Part shown: positions 1 to 12,620 of the stretch, in pieces
Position numbering within the stretch: position 1 is the first letter of the stretch
Layout of the letters: every line of letters starts with the position of its first letter
Source of the DNA: Octopus sinensis
Lineage: Eukaryota
Assembly: GCF_006345805.1 (NCBI RefSeq)
Contig: NW_021832570.1
Location: 8,181 to 72,180, forward strand
Direction: 5' to 3'
DNA length: 64,000 bases
Made by a program: the position numbers and the translations under genes
Notes under the pieces: model-generated
What the model was told of the DNA's origin: nothing
Seen by the model: the letters and a program-made list of their open reading frames with translations, nothing else
Databases searched by the model: none

Positions 1-215
1 TTCAGAAGTAACAGCTGTGTTGGAACTTCTTCGTTTACGAAGTTGGATTTATTTTTTAAACGGAATAAGGAGGATAAAAACATTCTCGATAGAAAACTTC
101 CTAAAGATACCTAAATATTTTATAAAGTCTCAAGAAATCTTATTGGATTAGCAAAACTTGTCATTATCGAGGCCTATTATTATAGCACTTCCAGTAGGAA
201 CATGAACAGAATAAA

Positions 216-445
216 TCATATTCTCATATGTGCCACACACGGACGATACGACTTTCTTAACATTCCGCGGTTTTGTGCCTGTCCGCCGAGTTCGTCCAAA
301 TCATTGCAGTTGTTTAGGGTTTTCTTCGCGAAAATTAGATCATGTTGCAGAACAGTCGGTCCTGTTGTTCGGAGTCGTTCGCGAAATTTTGGTCTATCTA
401 AAAGAAAGTATTCTTCCATGATTTTGTAGGCAGGTGTAGACACAA
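216..445 (-). mobile_element. 3' fragment of RTE-like non-LTR retrotransposon
   Basis: TPAYKIMEEYF...RPKFRERLRTTGPTVLQHDL...AQNRGMLRK resembles the C-terminal tail of RTE-type RT ORFs. A related fragment is at 5598-5789. Confidence 0.5.
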
Positions 446-1004
446 AAGCGTATTTTCTCTCTCTTTCGAATGTTCATTAAACCACAAAAGGCATACTAAC
501 ATAGATGAAAACGAAACAAATACAAAAAAATGACAAAAAGGTTAAAAGAAGAATAAAGAAATTAACTTAGAAGATGTCCGAGAGAATCAGAAGAATAAGC
601 AAAATAATAATTTAAAATTCTGAAAATGGCACAAGAAAATGAGGTGGAAAACTTGATTTTTTTAATTGGACTTTTAAGTTGAGTAATTTAAAGCATTTGA
701 ACAGTAATATTGTCGTTAAACTGATTTTATTCTGGACTAAAAGTCAGCAAATATTTTTGGAGAATAGCCAATTTTTTATATTCTCAAAAATTTCAACAAA
801 TCGAAAAGACAGCTTTTACCACCTGTCTAAATCAAAAATTCAATAATAATTAAGAATTCATTTTAAAAATAAAATTTATGAGTCTCATTAATGAGAAATG
901 TGATTCCTTATTTTTTTAGAGAGTTGTCTAATGTTTAGGTCGCAACTAGTCAATTTTAATTTGAGATTTGATTTTAGATTTAGTCTGTAATATTGTTTTT
1001 TAAG

Positions 1005-2010
1005 CGTCACTGGTTTTTGTCTGGACCCGGCATCTGCTCGGACCGCAAGCGTATTTTCGAATAAAAAATATAGAAAATAGTTTATTAACAGTCATAAATA
1101 CATATTTATTAATTATTTTAAAAAGAATTTTACTTTGATAAAATTAAATTGGCACGTGAAAAATGGGTCTACTGGTTTTGACTAGAGATACTTTGTCAAA
1201 AATCAAAAAATACAAAGAATACCAGAATTTGGATGAAGTTTTGGATAAAAAGGAGAGATATAAAGTCAAACAACATGCAGAAACCTTTTCTTTTGCTGAT
1301 GGAAAAGCTTATATACGAAGAAATGGCCTAAAACTACGATTTTTTTGTATTGAAGACGCAGAACTAAAATTACTAATGATTGAAGTACTGGTTGTATCAT
1401 CTAAAAATAGTCCGAGCATAATTCTAATCATTTTGGAAGAGATCGAATGATTAGTCATCTGAAGACAAGGATCTATGGTGTTAGTCGTTCTGAAATAATG
1501 CAAGTTATCAATAACTGCGTCTTTTGTCAGGTAAAAACATTAAAATTTATTTATAGTCCAAAAAATTAATGAATAACAAACGGAAATGGAAATTCGACGA
1601 AAACGACATTAAGGTTGTTTATCACGTGTTATAATGCGGATTAAGGTGGGGGATAATGTCTATTACGGCAAGATATTGATGCTAAAAATAGACATTATCC
1701 ATTATATGATCAAATTGATACGAAAAAATATAAAGTTATTGCTAAAGAAAATATGAATTTTGATATTCAAGATGAAGAAGGATCTGTCATAAAAAGAACA
1801 AATATTGCGAGACTTTATAAAATTAATTAGTGTTTTTGTTTATAAAAAATAATTCTTAATAAGATTCTTTAGGTACTAATCAAAGAATCATTATTTTATG
1901 ATTAAAGTTGGAATAGATTAGGGTTCGCCTTGTGTTAAAATAAGGGTTAGTATAGGTTGGGGATAGGGATAAGGTTAAATTTAGGTTAGCTTTTGGGATA
2001 AAGTTGAGAT
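1005..2010 (+). mobile_element. Ginger-like (gypsy-type integrase) DNA transposon remnant, internally deleted
   Basis: ATG at 1163. Splicing 26-nt GT-AG introns 1385-1410 and 1531-1556 gives EHNSNHFGRDRM...CVFCQ (integrase H-x3-H...C-x2-C). A C-terminal SH3-like piece IKVGDNVYY...KYKVIAK...IARLYKIN* ends at 1830. There is a TIR-like CGTCACTGGTTTTTGTCTGGACC at 1005 and a GGGTT-rich tail at 1915-2010. Right TIR not found. Confidence 0.7.
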
Positions 2011-2524
2011 TTTATCACGCGACAAAAATAAAAATGTATTTTTATCACGGAATAATACTTTTGTATTTTTTATTTAAAAAATGCAGTCATAGAGAGACGT
2101 GCGGGATAATAAAAATTAATAGGTCGACTTAAAGTAATGTTTCTAGGACCAACTCGACTTGGTCATGGCCAAATACATTGCAAGGTGGTGCAGTTTGGAC
2201 AAAGGACTCTCTTCGAATTTAATGGATAACCAAACAGCAGAGAACTTATATGTCGTTTGGAGATTGAGTACATTGAGCAATTCTTACTTGACTCGTTTTT
2301 TGGCTGTCTTCATCTTTTTTTCATCAAACGTGGGTCCAATTAGATAGATATCGCGTCCCCCGAAGAGCAGAAATATTAAACACACTTTATCAAAAAAACA
2401 AATGCCAAAAGAGAAACTTTCCCATACCCTGAAAAGACCGAAACAAACAAAGATCTAACCAACATACGGTTAAAAATTATGTGGTTTCAGTTGTTCAGAC
2501 AAATTGGACCTGTATATAGAACAG

Positions 2525-2957
2525 AGCATTGATAATAATAATTTTTAAACATCTTGGCATCTTTTATTTTTAAATCACCAAAGAAGAAGTCTCCACGTGC
2601 ATCAGCTTGTATGCCGAAGAAACCATTCATTCTCAGAACTCTATCTAGCTTATGAAAAAACGGGTCACACCCGGTACTGGCGAATATCTACCGCCAATAC
2701 TTTGAACCATCAATTGCCTACGCCTGCGGATCATGGGGTCCGCGGCATTGAAAATAATAATTTTTAAACATCTTGGCATCTTTTATTTTCAAATCACCAA
2801 AGAAGAAGTCTCCAAGTGCATCAGCTTGTATGCCGAAGAAAGCATTCATTCAATTGAACTCTATCCAAAACTCTATCGGAACTCTATCCAGCTTATGAAA
2901 AAACGGGTCAAATATCTACCGCCAATACTTCGAACCATCAATTGCCTACGCCTACAG
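2525..2957. repeat. Imperfect ~220-bp tandem duplication
   Basis: GCATTGA.AATAATAATTTTTAAACATCTTGGCATC...CAATTGCCTACGCCT occurs at ~2525-2727 and ~2745-2955 with small indels. Confidence 0.85.
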
Positions 2958-3259
2958 GAGGCGAATCGAGGAGGCCCAACAAAGGGCCCACAGATTAACC
3001 AATCGATAGGTGACCTTTCTGTCGAGTAGCTGTCCTAAAAGAAGAAAAAACATTAATTAAAGATAAGTATTGGACTTAATTACATTCATGCTTTGAAATT
3101 AGAATAAGAGTTTTGATGATCATTTTGAAGTCCGGACTTCAGTTCCAGATTCAAATCTTTTTCTTGGCCTAGTTTTAGTGGAAGTTCGCCAATTCTGAAA
3201 TTCGCAAAAATTTTTCAAAATTTTTAAAAAAGAAATATTTTGTATAGACCATCGCAATA

Positions 3260-3870
3260 CCGATTTTTTGTAAGAAAAGTACCGTTTTCCCAAGAATTCT
3301 CTTTTTTAAAAACGAAAGATTGTCAGATTGTTTTTGTCCTGACATTAAAAGTCTCGAAAAGTCAAAAATTTTAAAAACTCGATATAATTGATTTGAAATT
3401 TCTAAAAATGAATTGATGATTCAATTGTTTTAGCACATTTTCTGTGCCAAATTATTTTTTGGTCTTTAAAATAGAGGCCTTTCCTTTTTATGCCCCGAAA
3501 CCACTCATGGTCGAATTTACATAGAAGGATATGCTTTTTGATGTGATATGAAATTTGAGTTTATGGATTACTATCCATATGGCCATGCGGCCACTTTTTG
3601 TTTACTATTAAATTACAAGTAAAAACCTAATCAATGACAGTTTTAGTCTGCTATAATATTTTAATTGATTCGTCAATCATTAGTTAATTCTGGCAAATGA
3701 GCTGTTTTTATTTCTAATTAAAATCTTTCGTATGTTTTTATCACATTTTTCCATTCATCAGTGACGTTTAATTCTGGTCTAATATTAGAATAAAAATTTC
3801 TTTTCTGTATTTTCCGTTTGTGACTACTTACCTTCTATTTACAATCGACACTACTACTTAAGACTTAAGT
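3260..3870 (+). repeat. Copy of ~600-700 bp dispersed non-coding repeat (CCATATGGCCAT core)
   Basis: Shares TAATTGATTTGAA / CCATATGGCCAT / CTAATCAATGACAGTTTTAGTCTGCT / GTTTGTGAC blocks with the other copies. It continues at 5223 after a hAT insertion. Confidence 0.8.
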
Positions 3871-5222
3871 AGAATTTTTATTTTCCTATTCGCTTGAATC
3901 GACCACTAAAGGAGAAGATATTTTTCAAGCAATTTCTATGTTTTTTGACAGGGTTGGATTATCTTGGAATAATGTATGTTGTTGCACAACCGATGGAGCT
4001 CCAGCAATGCTTGGCTTTCATTCTGGCTTTAGAGGCCAAGTTAGACTTGCTAACCAAGAAACGAAACATATGCATTGTATGCTACATCGATATGCACTTG
4101 CTGCAAAAACATTACCTTCAGATTTAAGATATGTTCTCGATGATGTCGTACATATAATAAATTATATTAAAAAGAGTGCTTTAAATTCGCGCATTTTCAG
4201 ACTTATTTGCGAAGAATTTGAAAAGGATGGAAAGGCTTTGTTATTCCACACTGAGGTGAGATGGCTATCTTGGGGAAACTTCTTTGCCAGAGTTTTTTCT
4301 TTGAGGAATGAATTATCTGAATATTTTATTCGCGAAAACAATTCCAAATCATCGGAATTTATTTCGAAATTAATGGATAGTTCATAGCTATCTAAACTTG
4401 CTTACTTGAGAGATGTCTTCTCTCGTATAAATTCACTCAACAAATCGCTTCAGGAAAGACATGAAACAATAATTGATTTTGTGGATAAAATTAAGTTTGT
4501 TAACTGTTTCATATTAATTATTAGTGCTTTTTTGATGAAGTTAACACTGTGGAAAGAAAAAGTAAAACTAAATAATTTTACTAGTTTAAATCTTTTGAAG
4601 AACAATCTGTAAATATAGATGCATTTGAAATCAAAAAAATAACCGAACTTATTTATGCACATTAACATATCTTCAACAAGAAGTAAATAAATACTTTCCA
4701 GAATTGAACGAAATTGATTTGAAATTCATTCGTACACCATTCAGTGTTGATCCACGTTTGGTCGATGAAAATATCGAAGAGGCTTATATTGACATGATCA
4801 ATAATTCAAACGCAAGATTTGTATGAAAAACTTGCTTTATCAAGATTTTGGTGCGAAATGTGTAAGCATTATCCTTCCGTAAGCGCAAATGCATTAAATT
4901 TGTTGCTTATATTCCCGACAACATATTTATGCGAACATGGCTTCTCAGCACTTCTCAATATAAAAATAATCATCGCGCAAGACTGAATATTGAAGATGAC
5001 ATCAGGGTTTGCTTGTCGACAACCGAGCCTCTTATTGAAAAAATTGCCTCGAAAAAACAATATCAACCTTCTCACTAATTTTCTTTATTGATTTAATAAT
5101 AAATTTTGTTTTTAGATAAGTAAAATTTTTTTGACAAAAAACTTAATAAATATGTAGGGGGTCCGCGAAATTTTTCATTTACTCACAAGGGGTCCGCAAA
5201 CAAAAAAGGTTAAGAACCACTG
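3871..5222 (+). mobile_element. hAT (Charlie/Buster, ZBED8/FAM200-like) transposon, left end deleted, transposase pseudogene
   Basis: CTTDGAPAM, HCMLHRYALA, LLFHTEVRWLS and FPTTYLCEHGFS motifs. Right TIR GGTTAAGAACCACTG ends at 5222. 8-bp TSD ACTTAAGT at 3863-3870 and 5223-5230. Contains stops and frameshifts. Confidence 0.9.
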
Positions 5223-5597
5223 ACTTAAGTAAACGCAGAATCATATTAAAAAATAAAAATACAAAGTGTCTTTATCATTGCCATCAAACGACCTACTACA
5301 AAGAGGTTGAAGAGCCAAATGTTCACTACTATGCCATCAAACTTTAACTGAGTTAGAAAAACAGTGACTTCAGTGCATGATGAACAATGTTATTTGTAGT
5401 TAAAAACGAAATACATGGGCTTTTGTAAAAGAATTGACACTTTTATACTGTGCAAAAATCCCTTTGCGCATTTCGAAATATCTTTAATTGTCATCGAAAT
5501 CTTTCTTTAAATAATGAAAAAATTTATTAGCAATTCTCGAACAAGATAACAGTTTATTATAATAAATTTTAAAAAATGTCGAAAAAGAAGTCATGGA

Positions 5598-5800
5598 TTA
5601 TTTGTTCGTTGGCATGCCTGGTCTAGGCTGCTTCGGATGCATGCCTCTCCCGATCTTCTGATAGTTTTCTTTTAGGGATACTGGTAATAGGGGTTCATTT
5701 GAATTAAAATATTCTTCAATGACGATATTGCACAGTGTTTTGCAATTTTTCTCTAATAAATGTCCAAACAGTCGCCATCTAAACTCCATTTCATTTCATA
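5598..5800 (-). mobile_element. RTE-like non-LTR 3' fragment
   Basis: FRWRLFGHLL...IEEYF motif typical of RT C-terminal region. Confidence 0.5.
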
Positions 5801-6024
5801 TTTTTTTGGCTATTGAATATTGAGTGAGGTTCGGATTTGTCGTCTATGGAATGAGTCCAGTTTTTCTTTGCTTTTGTACCCGAGATTGTATAGTAGGATA
5901 TATAACGAACCGGACAACAAAGACTGGCTTGTTTCTGTTCCGCCTGTCAGCCATACTCAGGCTCTTGGCTGAATGTATTCCCTTCTCCGCTTTTGGATAC
6001 TATAGTCGATTCTACAATTTTACA

Positions 6025-6660
6025 TGAAAATCAACGTTCAGCTTCGGCAATAAAGAGAAAATGGGAAAAGATGTCACAAATTTATTATTAAACAAAAGTT
6101 TAGAAAAAAGTGAGAAAACTTTGGCCTGCCAACACTTCCCTTGGAATGGAGACAAAAATATTGTTTATATTGATAGCAAACTATAAAAATCTGCTGTTGG
6201 AGTATTTTTAATGAATGATTATGAAAGCTAAAACTGCTGTTTCATAATGTAAACAAATAAAGAAGGAATAATAATGAATGTAATAATTATTAGGTAATTA
6301 CGATTATGTAATAGCATTTCAATATAAATAGAAAATATATGATAACTTACGGGAATATTTTCTAATTTATGTAATTAAAATATAATGAACATAGAAAACA
6401 TATGCGATTGTATTTTTTGGAAGGCTTCACTTACGAGAAAAAGAAATTTTTCTATTTTAAAAGCCTACATTATAGCTGGGGTACAAATGATACGAAATAT
6501 GATACGAAATAAAAAAATGATACGAAATTATGAGCGAACTTTATATTCGCTCTTTAAATGACCCCATACATTAATGCATTTTCAATATGCTTAACACAAT
6601 TTTTTTGATAATAAGCTATACAAATCTGGTGTTGAAGTATTTTTAAAAATGATTATTAAT
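6025..6660 (+). repeat. Chimeric duplicated segment: Myb helix-3 fragment joined to sequence repeated inverted at ~13600-14130
   Basis: 6026-6076 GAAAATCAACGTTCAGCTTCGGCAATAAAGAGAAAATGGGAAAAGATGTCA matches 31247-31297. 6080-6660 matches the reverse complement of ~13600-14130. Confidence 0.75.
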
Positions 6661-7129
6661 ACGGCTGGATAGAATGAAGACTCGAAATATTGAAAACATT
6701 AGATCTTCAATGATCCAAACTCGAAAAAGAAACAAGTCAAAACTTACTGATTATTTGGTTTTAATTAAATTTTCGGCTCAATAATTTAAATTTTTAATAG
6801 ATTAAAAATCGATAAATCTCTCGAATCCGCCAAATTTTACCGATCCCCGAAATTAGCGGAATCAAGAGACTTTACTTTATTAACAATACAGGTAATAGGG
6901 ATTAAGAATTTCATAATTATGATTCGATTTGTCACAAGATTCTTTCCAAAATATTCATTATTTTCTCGGCAACAAATCTTTAATCATCCCGAAAGCGTTG
7001 GAAAATCAATTGATTTTTTGAGAATAAAAGGATAGTACGAGACCACAAAATTGAGAAGACATTTTAAAAACAATACATTCTGTATATGTCCATTAGTCTG
7101 AAAAGAACAAGAAAATTCCTTTCGTAATC

Positions 7130-7350
7130 GTCAAAATTGACATTAAAAATGACTTCAACTCGATACGACGTGATACACTTCTGGAAGATTGCTTTACGTA
7201 CTACCCATCAGTGTATAGCTATATTCATAGCTCATATGGAAAACCATCTAGTCTGGTGCACGGCCAATATTACATTCCATCGTGTTCTGGAATCCAACAA
7301 GGAAACCCACTGCCTAACCCTAAACACCAATAAATGTGAAGTTATCAATT
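7130..7350 (+). mobile_element. Degenerate CRE-like non-LTR RT fragment
   Basis: Frameshifted KIDIKNDFNSIRRDTLLE, GIQQG and LTLNTNKCEVI RT motifs. Confidence 0.55.
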
Positions 7351-8079
7351 TTATAGATCAAAATAATATAAATTAATATAAATTTAATTCAAAAAGGATC
7401 AAAATAATATAAAGTTAATTCAAAAAGTCAATATTTGTCGAGATTAATTAATTGATAAAATAAATACAAATTCACTTGCAAAATAAACTTTATTCAGGAT
7501 ATTTTAGCAGTAGTCAAATTAATTAATCATCAAACAAATAAAAAACGCAAATATTATAAAAATAAAACATTGATTATACAAAATAATAGAATAACAATTA
7601 ACAACAGAAATGGAACAACAGAAGAAAAGAATATAACATGCATTACAAGTGAATAATATATCATATTTAATTCGATAAATTAAAAACATTTAATTTTTCA
7701 AAATAAATAACATTTTACAATTCTTTATTTTATAGCTTTAGTAATATTATGATCTGGTAGATAGCTTTAGTACTTTCCTAATCAGTCATAATATTGTATT
7801 CCTAAAACTAAGATTCGAAATGTTAAAATCAAATGTCACACGGCCACAACTGTACTTTACTCTCGCCAGATGTGTACACACCAACATCAAATGTGCAAGT
7901 TGGAAAAAAACTTAAAACATGAATCCTTTGGTATATTTCTATGAAATCAAAGAAAACTTATAAATTTTAAAAAATATGATGTTTTTTTAAATTACAATAC
8001 ACGTTCAAATGCGTTTAGTGCAAGTAACAAAGAAGACTTACTGAATTACTTAAGGAACTTAAGAGCAATCCTGAGCTCG

Positions 8080-8420
8080 TATACCAAAAGAGCTCATGAA
8101 ATTGCTTCGTTATTTCGAACATCTTTTTATTTATTTGGGCCACCATTGATCTTGCATACAACAATGGTAAAGAATTTTGCAATGACCATGTGCCCGTTTA
8201 TGTGAAAAGTACAAATTAAACATTCCGTGGACGACCAAGGGCCCTTGGTACAGGGACAGGTGGAAAGGTTGTAAGATAACATTATTCTTTAAACTAAATT
8301 CAGAGTATCAAAGATGGATTTCATCTAAAAGTACTCTGATGATGTTTTGGACGCTATTGCGATATATCAAAGCTTGTTTTGATTATAACAATACTGTCCA
8401 TTCCACACAAAAAAAGTCCT
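8080..8420 (+). mobile_element. Degenerate rve integrase core fragment (Ginger/KRBA2-like)
   Basis: TKRAHEIA...FGPPLILH-NNGKEFCN...QGQVERL...YNNTVHST motifs, frameshifted. Confidence 0.6.
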
Positions 8421-8509
8421 TTAATCTATTATGGGCATAAAATATCCTATTGAAACATCAAGGAGGAACTAGAATCATTGTTATTTAAAAAATAAAAAAG
8501 TTAGTTACT

Positions 8510-8558
8510 CTAAAGGGGCCGCAAAAAAAATCCTGGGGGCCGCATTTGAGAACCGCTG
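8510..8558 (+). mobile_element. Isolated hAT right end
   Basis: GGGGCCGC subterminal repeats followed by TTTGAGAACCGCTG, similar to the TIR at 5222. Confidence 0.55.
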
Positions 8559-11414
8559 GTAAAAACATGAGTTGAGTTGCAGAATTTACAAGCTACATGT
8601 ATTGGGTCCTGCAGTTTTAGGAATTCCCGTGTTCAGAGCGAATTCATCACATGGTCACTAGCCTTTTCATCAAAGGAAAATGTTTGCAGAGGAAAAAAAT
8701 TACTGGCCAAGAGAGTGATGTCTCCTGTCCAATTTCGGCTGACCAGACTAGTAATGGCCGAAAAAAGAGAGGAGATTGAGATCCTTGACGTGTTTGAGTC
8801 GAAAGGCCCTAAAATGCTCTTTCTAGATGAATAGATAGGTTCAATTGTAAGAGCAAGTGGGAGTAAGTCTTTCGGGAAGGCTAGCGATCGGATGGCATTG
8901 AGGGGTTCCGGGTGGTTCGCCTTCAATAAAAAGAAAGCATCAGCTAAGGGTTTAGAACAATAACGTCTTTCATAATTGTACAGATGACTGTGCGGATTCG
9001 TGTCTGTGTTTAATAAGCATACTCTCAAGCGTGCTCTTCAGCATAACCGAGTGTATGTCCTAATTCCTTATTTAACTTATTAATGACTTTTAAATAACTT
9101 TTAAACAACTCCATCCCATGTTAAGACAATTTGAATAACCTTTACTTTTGGTTTACAGAGATCAATAGTTTGTTTACAAGCAGGTCTTATTTGTGAATTT
9201 TTTGCCACTTCAACTTAGTTTAAACCATCTTATAAGGTAATGCCAACTTCGATTAAATTAAGTTCTTTTTTGAGCACTGCGACCGAGATTTATTAGAAAA
9301 ACCAGCTCATCACCCTTTAGTCGTTTGTTTTTGAGGAGAAATTTTTTTCACTGACAATCCAATATAACTTTGAAAGCTCGAATTTATAGATTTATATTAT
9401 AGATTAAATTTTGAGCGATAGCATAATAATGAATCAGCAATAATGTATGCAGTTCAATTTCCGAAATGTAATATCCGTAACTCTAACTGCAAAGAATAGA
9501 TCTAACAAAGATTCAAAAGAACATTTATATAAATTTATTATTGTATTTATTATAAAATACTTAGACACTCACTATTTTTGATGCAGACGTACCAATGTGG
9601 CTTCTGTGGTATCTAAATGTGTTTATTGTCAGATAAATTGCCAATTTTATTAATTTCTGTCAAAACGATTGCTTGCTAATAAACCCGTAATAACGCATAT
9701 TATTGCTTCTTCCCAAAGAGAACGATACTTTGTAGATCTTATCGATTTAAGACACGTTCTCCATTTAAGATACTCACTATAGATTGATATTCTGCGATAC
9801 TTTTCACAAAACCTGTCATTATATATAGAGAAAAACATTTTAGAGGAAATGTTGAAAATTCAGAAATAATGCTAAAAAATATTGAATATGTAGCGATTAA
9901 CAAATATGTAGCGCTAAAAGAAACTTGAAATAAGATTATTTGAATTTATCGAGAACCTTGATAACATTGCTTGCATTAAAGTGTCCACATTGTGTGTAGA
10001 GTACTATTGAAGATATAGTTGCATAATAGAAGTTATTAGCCATCTGGAAGTCATTAAGTGAAAGTTCTGATGATTTTTATCCACTATCATCTGAGGATTT
10101 TAATGTAAAAAATATTTCAGATGTTTCAGATAGATTTTGTATAAATTATGAGAGAAAATTTGGATCATAATGATTTTTTATTGAATTTTCGAAGAGTTAA
10201 TTTTTTCCTATACGACGATTCGTTCATTCCGGACGGTGTTTTATCCTCCATCTGCTGTGGTTACCCCCTCCCCCACTGACTTTCGAGAACTTATTTTTTG
10301 AAAGCCTTTTACAAAAGGGCAACCTCCGCAGTTTGCCCAGTGATTCGACGAATCCCAGTTAACACACTTTCTATAACACTCAGCCGCAGAGTTGAACTGG
10401 TTTCGTTTGTGCGGACTCCCACATCGTAGATAGCGCTACTGTTCCTTATAAAATCTAGAAATATGTCCAAATTTCTGACATTTGAAGCACTAGGCTTCTG
10501 GTTTTTTAAACCTTCCGAATGAAATTTTATTAAAACCTATCTTCATTTCTAATTCTACCAGGGATTGGGCTTTGGTCTTGTTTTGCATCGTGAGTTTTGC
10601 CACCGGAAAAGGCATTCCTTACAAACGAATAAAACTAGGAGAGATTGAACAGGATACCAGGTTGAGCAGGTCTACCAAAGCATTTTCTGTTACCCAGTAA
10701 GGCAGGTTTAGTATTATTAGTTTTTAGTTCCGCAGTGTCAAGTATTCAATTGAGTGTCCATAAAGATTTAAAAGAAGATTCCGCTCTCAATCATAAATAA
10801 AGTCGTTTATTCTCCTCTGCATTCTTAAATAGAAGTTCATAAAGATTCATTATGGTGCTGCGAAATGGGGGCCCTCGGGGCGGTTGGAGATTCACAAATT
10901 ATATTTGCGACTTTGATCAAATCAATTGTAGCGTTATTCGAACATATAAGAATAGTTAGTAGAATATTCTAACCCAACAAACTTCTAACAACAACGTGAT
11001 TCATACGAAATGGCGAATGCTTTTGAATTTGTTAGGATCGCTGACTTTGCTGAAACCTTTACCTTTAATGGCTCCGCTCTAGCCACTTGGCAAAAGCAAA
11101 GAAAAAACAAGACTCCTAAATATCAAAAATTCACAACAATTCAAAACACATTGGATTCGTATTTGACCATTTATTCTTTCACGTTTTTCGTTTTTTTGTT
11201 ACGTTTGACTCTTTGTTTAAAACACTTTAATCCGATCGATTAAATTGGAGAGAGTTAAATTGATGGTTATATATTTTAGTGGTACACTATAATAAGCGCA
11301 TGCCATCAAATCTGGTTCCAACATTAAGATTCGATTCAAAGATGACACTCCTCTCCAATATATTTTCACTGCAAAAAAGATGCATCCATTTAGGGCATAA
11401 ATCAGATTGTAAAC

Positions 11415-11699
11415 TATTGATTAGTGTAAATACTAGACCACTTCGCGATGACAATCGATGAGGCAGCTCGACTTGCTGTCTCTCAATTCAATCTGTGGTA
11501 TCTTGATGATGCCACATTGGGTGGCCATGCTGACCAGGTTATTCGGGATGTCGAACGCATCGTACCAGCACTGGCTACCCTCGGCCTCTCGGTCAACGCA
11601 AAAAAGACCGAGATCATTAATGTCTCGTGTTCGGAGGCCGACTTCCAATCCGCAGTGGCCCGCCTCGGAACAACCCTGCCTGGCGCGAACGTTAATTAG
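11415..11699 (+). mobile_element. CRE-like non-LTR RT fragment
   Basis: SQFNLWYLDDATLGG...LGLSVNAKKTEI (YLDD catalytic motif). GC-rich island. Confidence 0.8.
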
Positions 11700-12194
11700 T
11701 TCAATTGATAAATAATTAGTTTTGACTCTTTATTAATAAAAGGATAAAGTTATATACATATCTTTAATTAATGTTTTTTCTTTTTTTAGGACAGCTACTC
11801 GACAGACAGATCACTTATCGACACCTCTTCTTTTTGTATTTAATATGAAAGTCAACTCCTCTGACGGGTTTACTGATATTCCCAGTTCCTCTCTAGCGAT
11901 ACGACTATTTGCCTCTTTCGCAACTAAATGGTTGTCAATTTTTGTGCAATGTCTGTGTTTAGCGCCCATGTTCTTCATTCTTTTCTTGATTGTCACTGAT
12001 TGGATAGACGTTTCAAGCAAAACATCTATATTCAATTCAACATAACTTTTTTGGGTCTTGTGAAAGTGCTACTACTATTGTAAGTCCTGACTCTTTGAAG
12101 TGAGCAGGCGGTGGCACTCTACGCATCTCCTTCCCTTCTTCTCATCCTTCTTTGACTTTGTAGACCACCGAAAAAATGCAGTGCTGTCACTCTT

Positions 12195-12620
12195 GCTGTC
12201 TAAATATCAGGAAAGAACTGGATAAAATATTGTAGCAGACTACAACTGTCATTGATTAGCTTTTAACTTGTAATTTAATAGTAATGGCCTCATGGCCATA
12301 TGGATACCGATCTATAAACACTACTTTCATGCTACTGTATAAAGCTATAGAGGAGAATGAATAAAGCGACTCTGGTTGCGGGGTACAAAAAGGAAAAGTC
12401 CTTATTTTTAATACCAAACAAATAAATTAGCATAGAAAGTGTGCTAAAAAATTGAATCATCAATTCATTTTTAAAATTTCAAATCAATTATATCGAGTTT
12501 TTAAAATTTTCACCTTTCGAGATTTTGAATGTCAGATCTCTGAAAACGTAAACGATCTGACAAATCTCCCATCTTTCTTTCCGAAAAAAACTTGGAAAAA
12601 CAGTACTTTTTTGAAAAATC
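12195..12620 (-). repeat. Inverted copy of dispersed CCATATGGCCAT repeat
   Basis: Reverse complement of the blocks at 3290-3700. Confidence 0.75.

Noticed and set aside
6540-6880. Tigger-like right end
   Set aside because: One TIR-like segment and a KQVKLTDY-like motif only. No partner end identified.
8577-9050. 131-aa ORF 8633-9028 as a gene
   Set aside because: Probably a retroelement C-terminal remnant (ends near ACKFCN), but family not recognisable.
9200-10200. Possible host gene on minus strand
   Set aside because: Coding-like stretches, but stops in all frames and no recognisable motif or consistent splice model.
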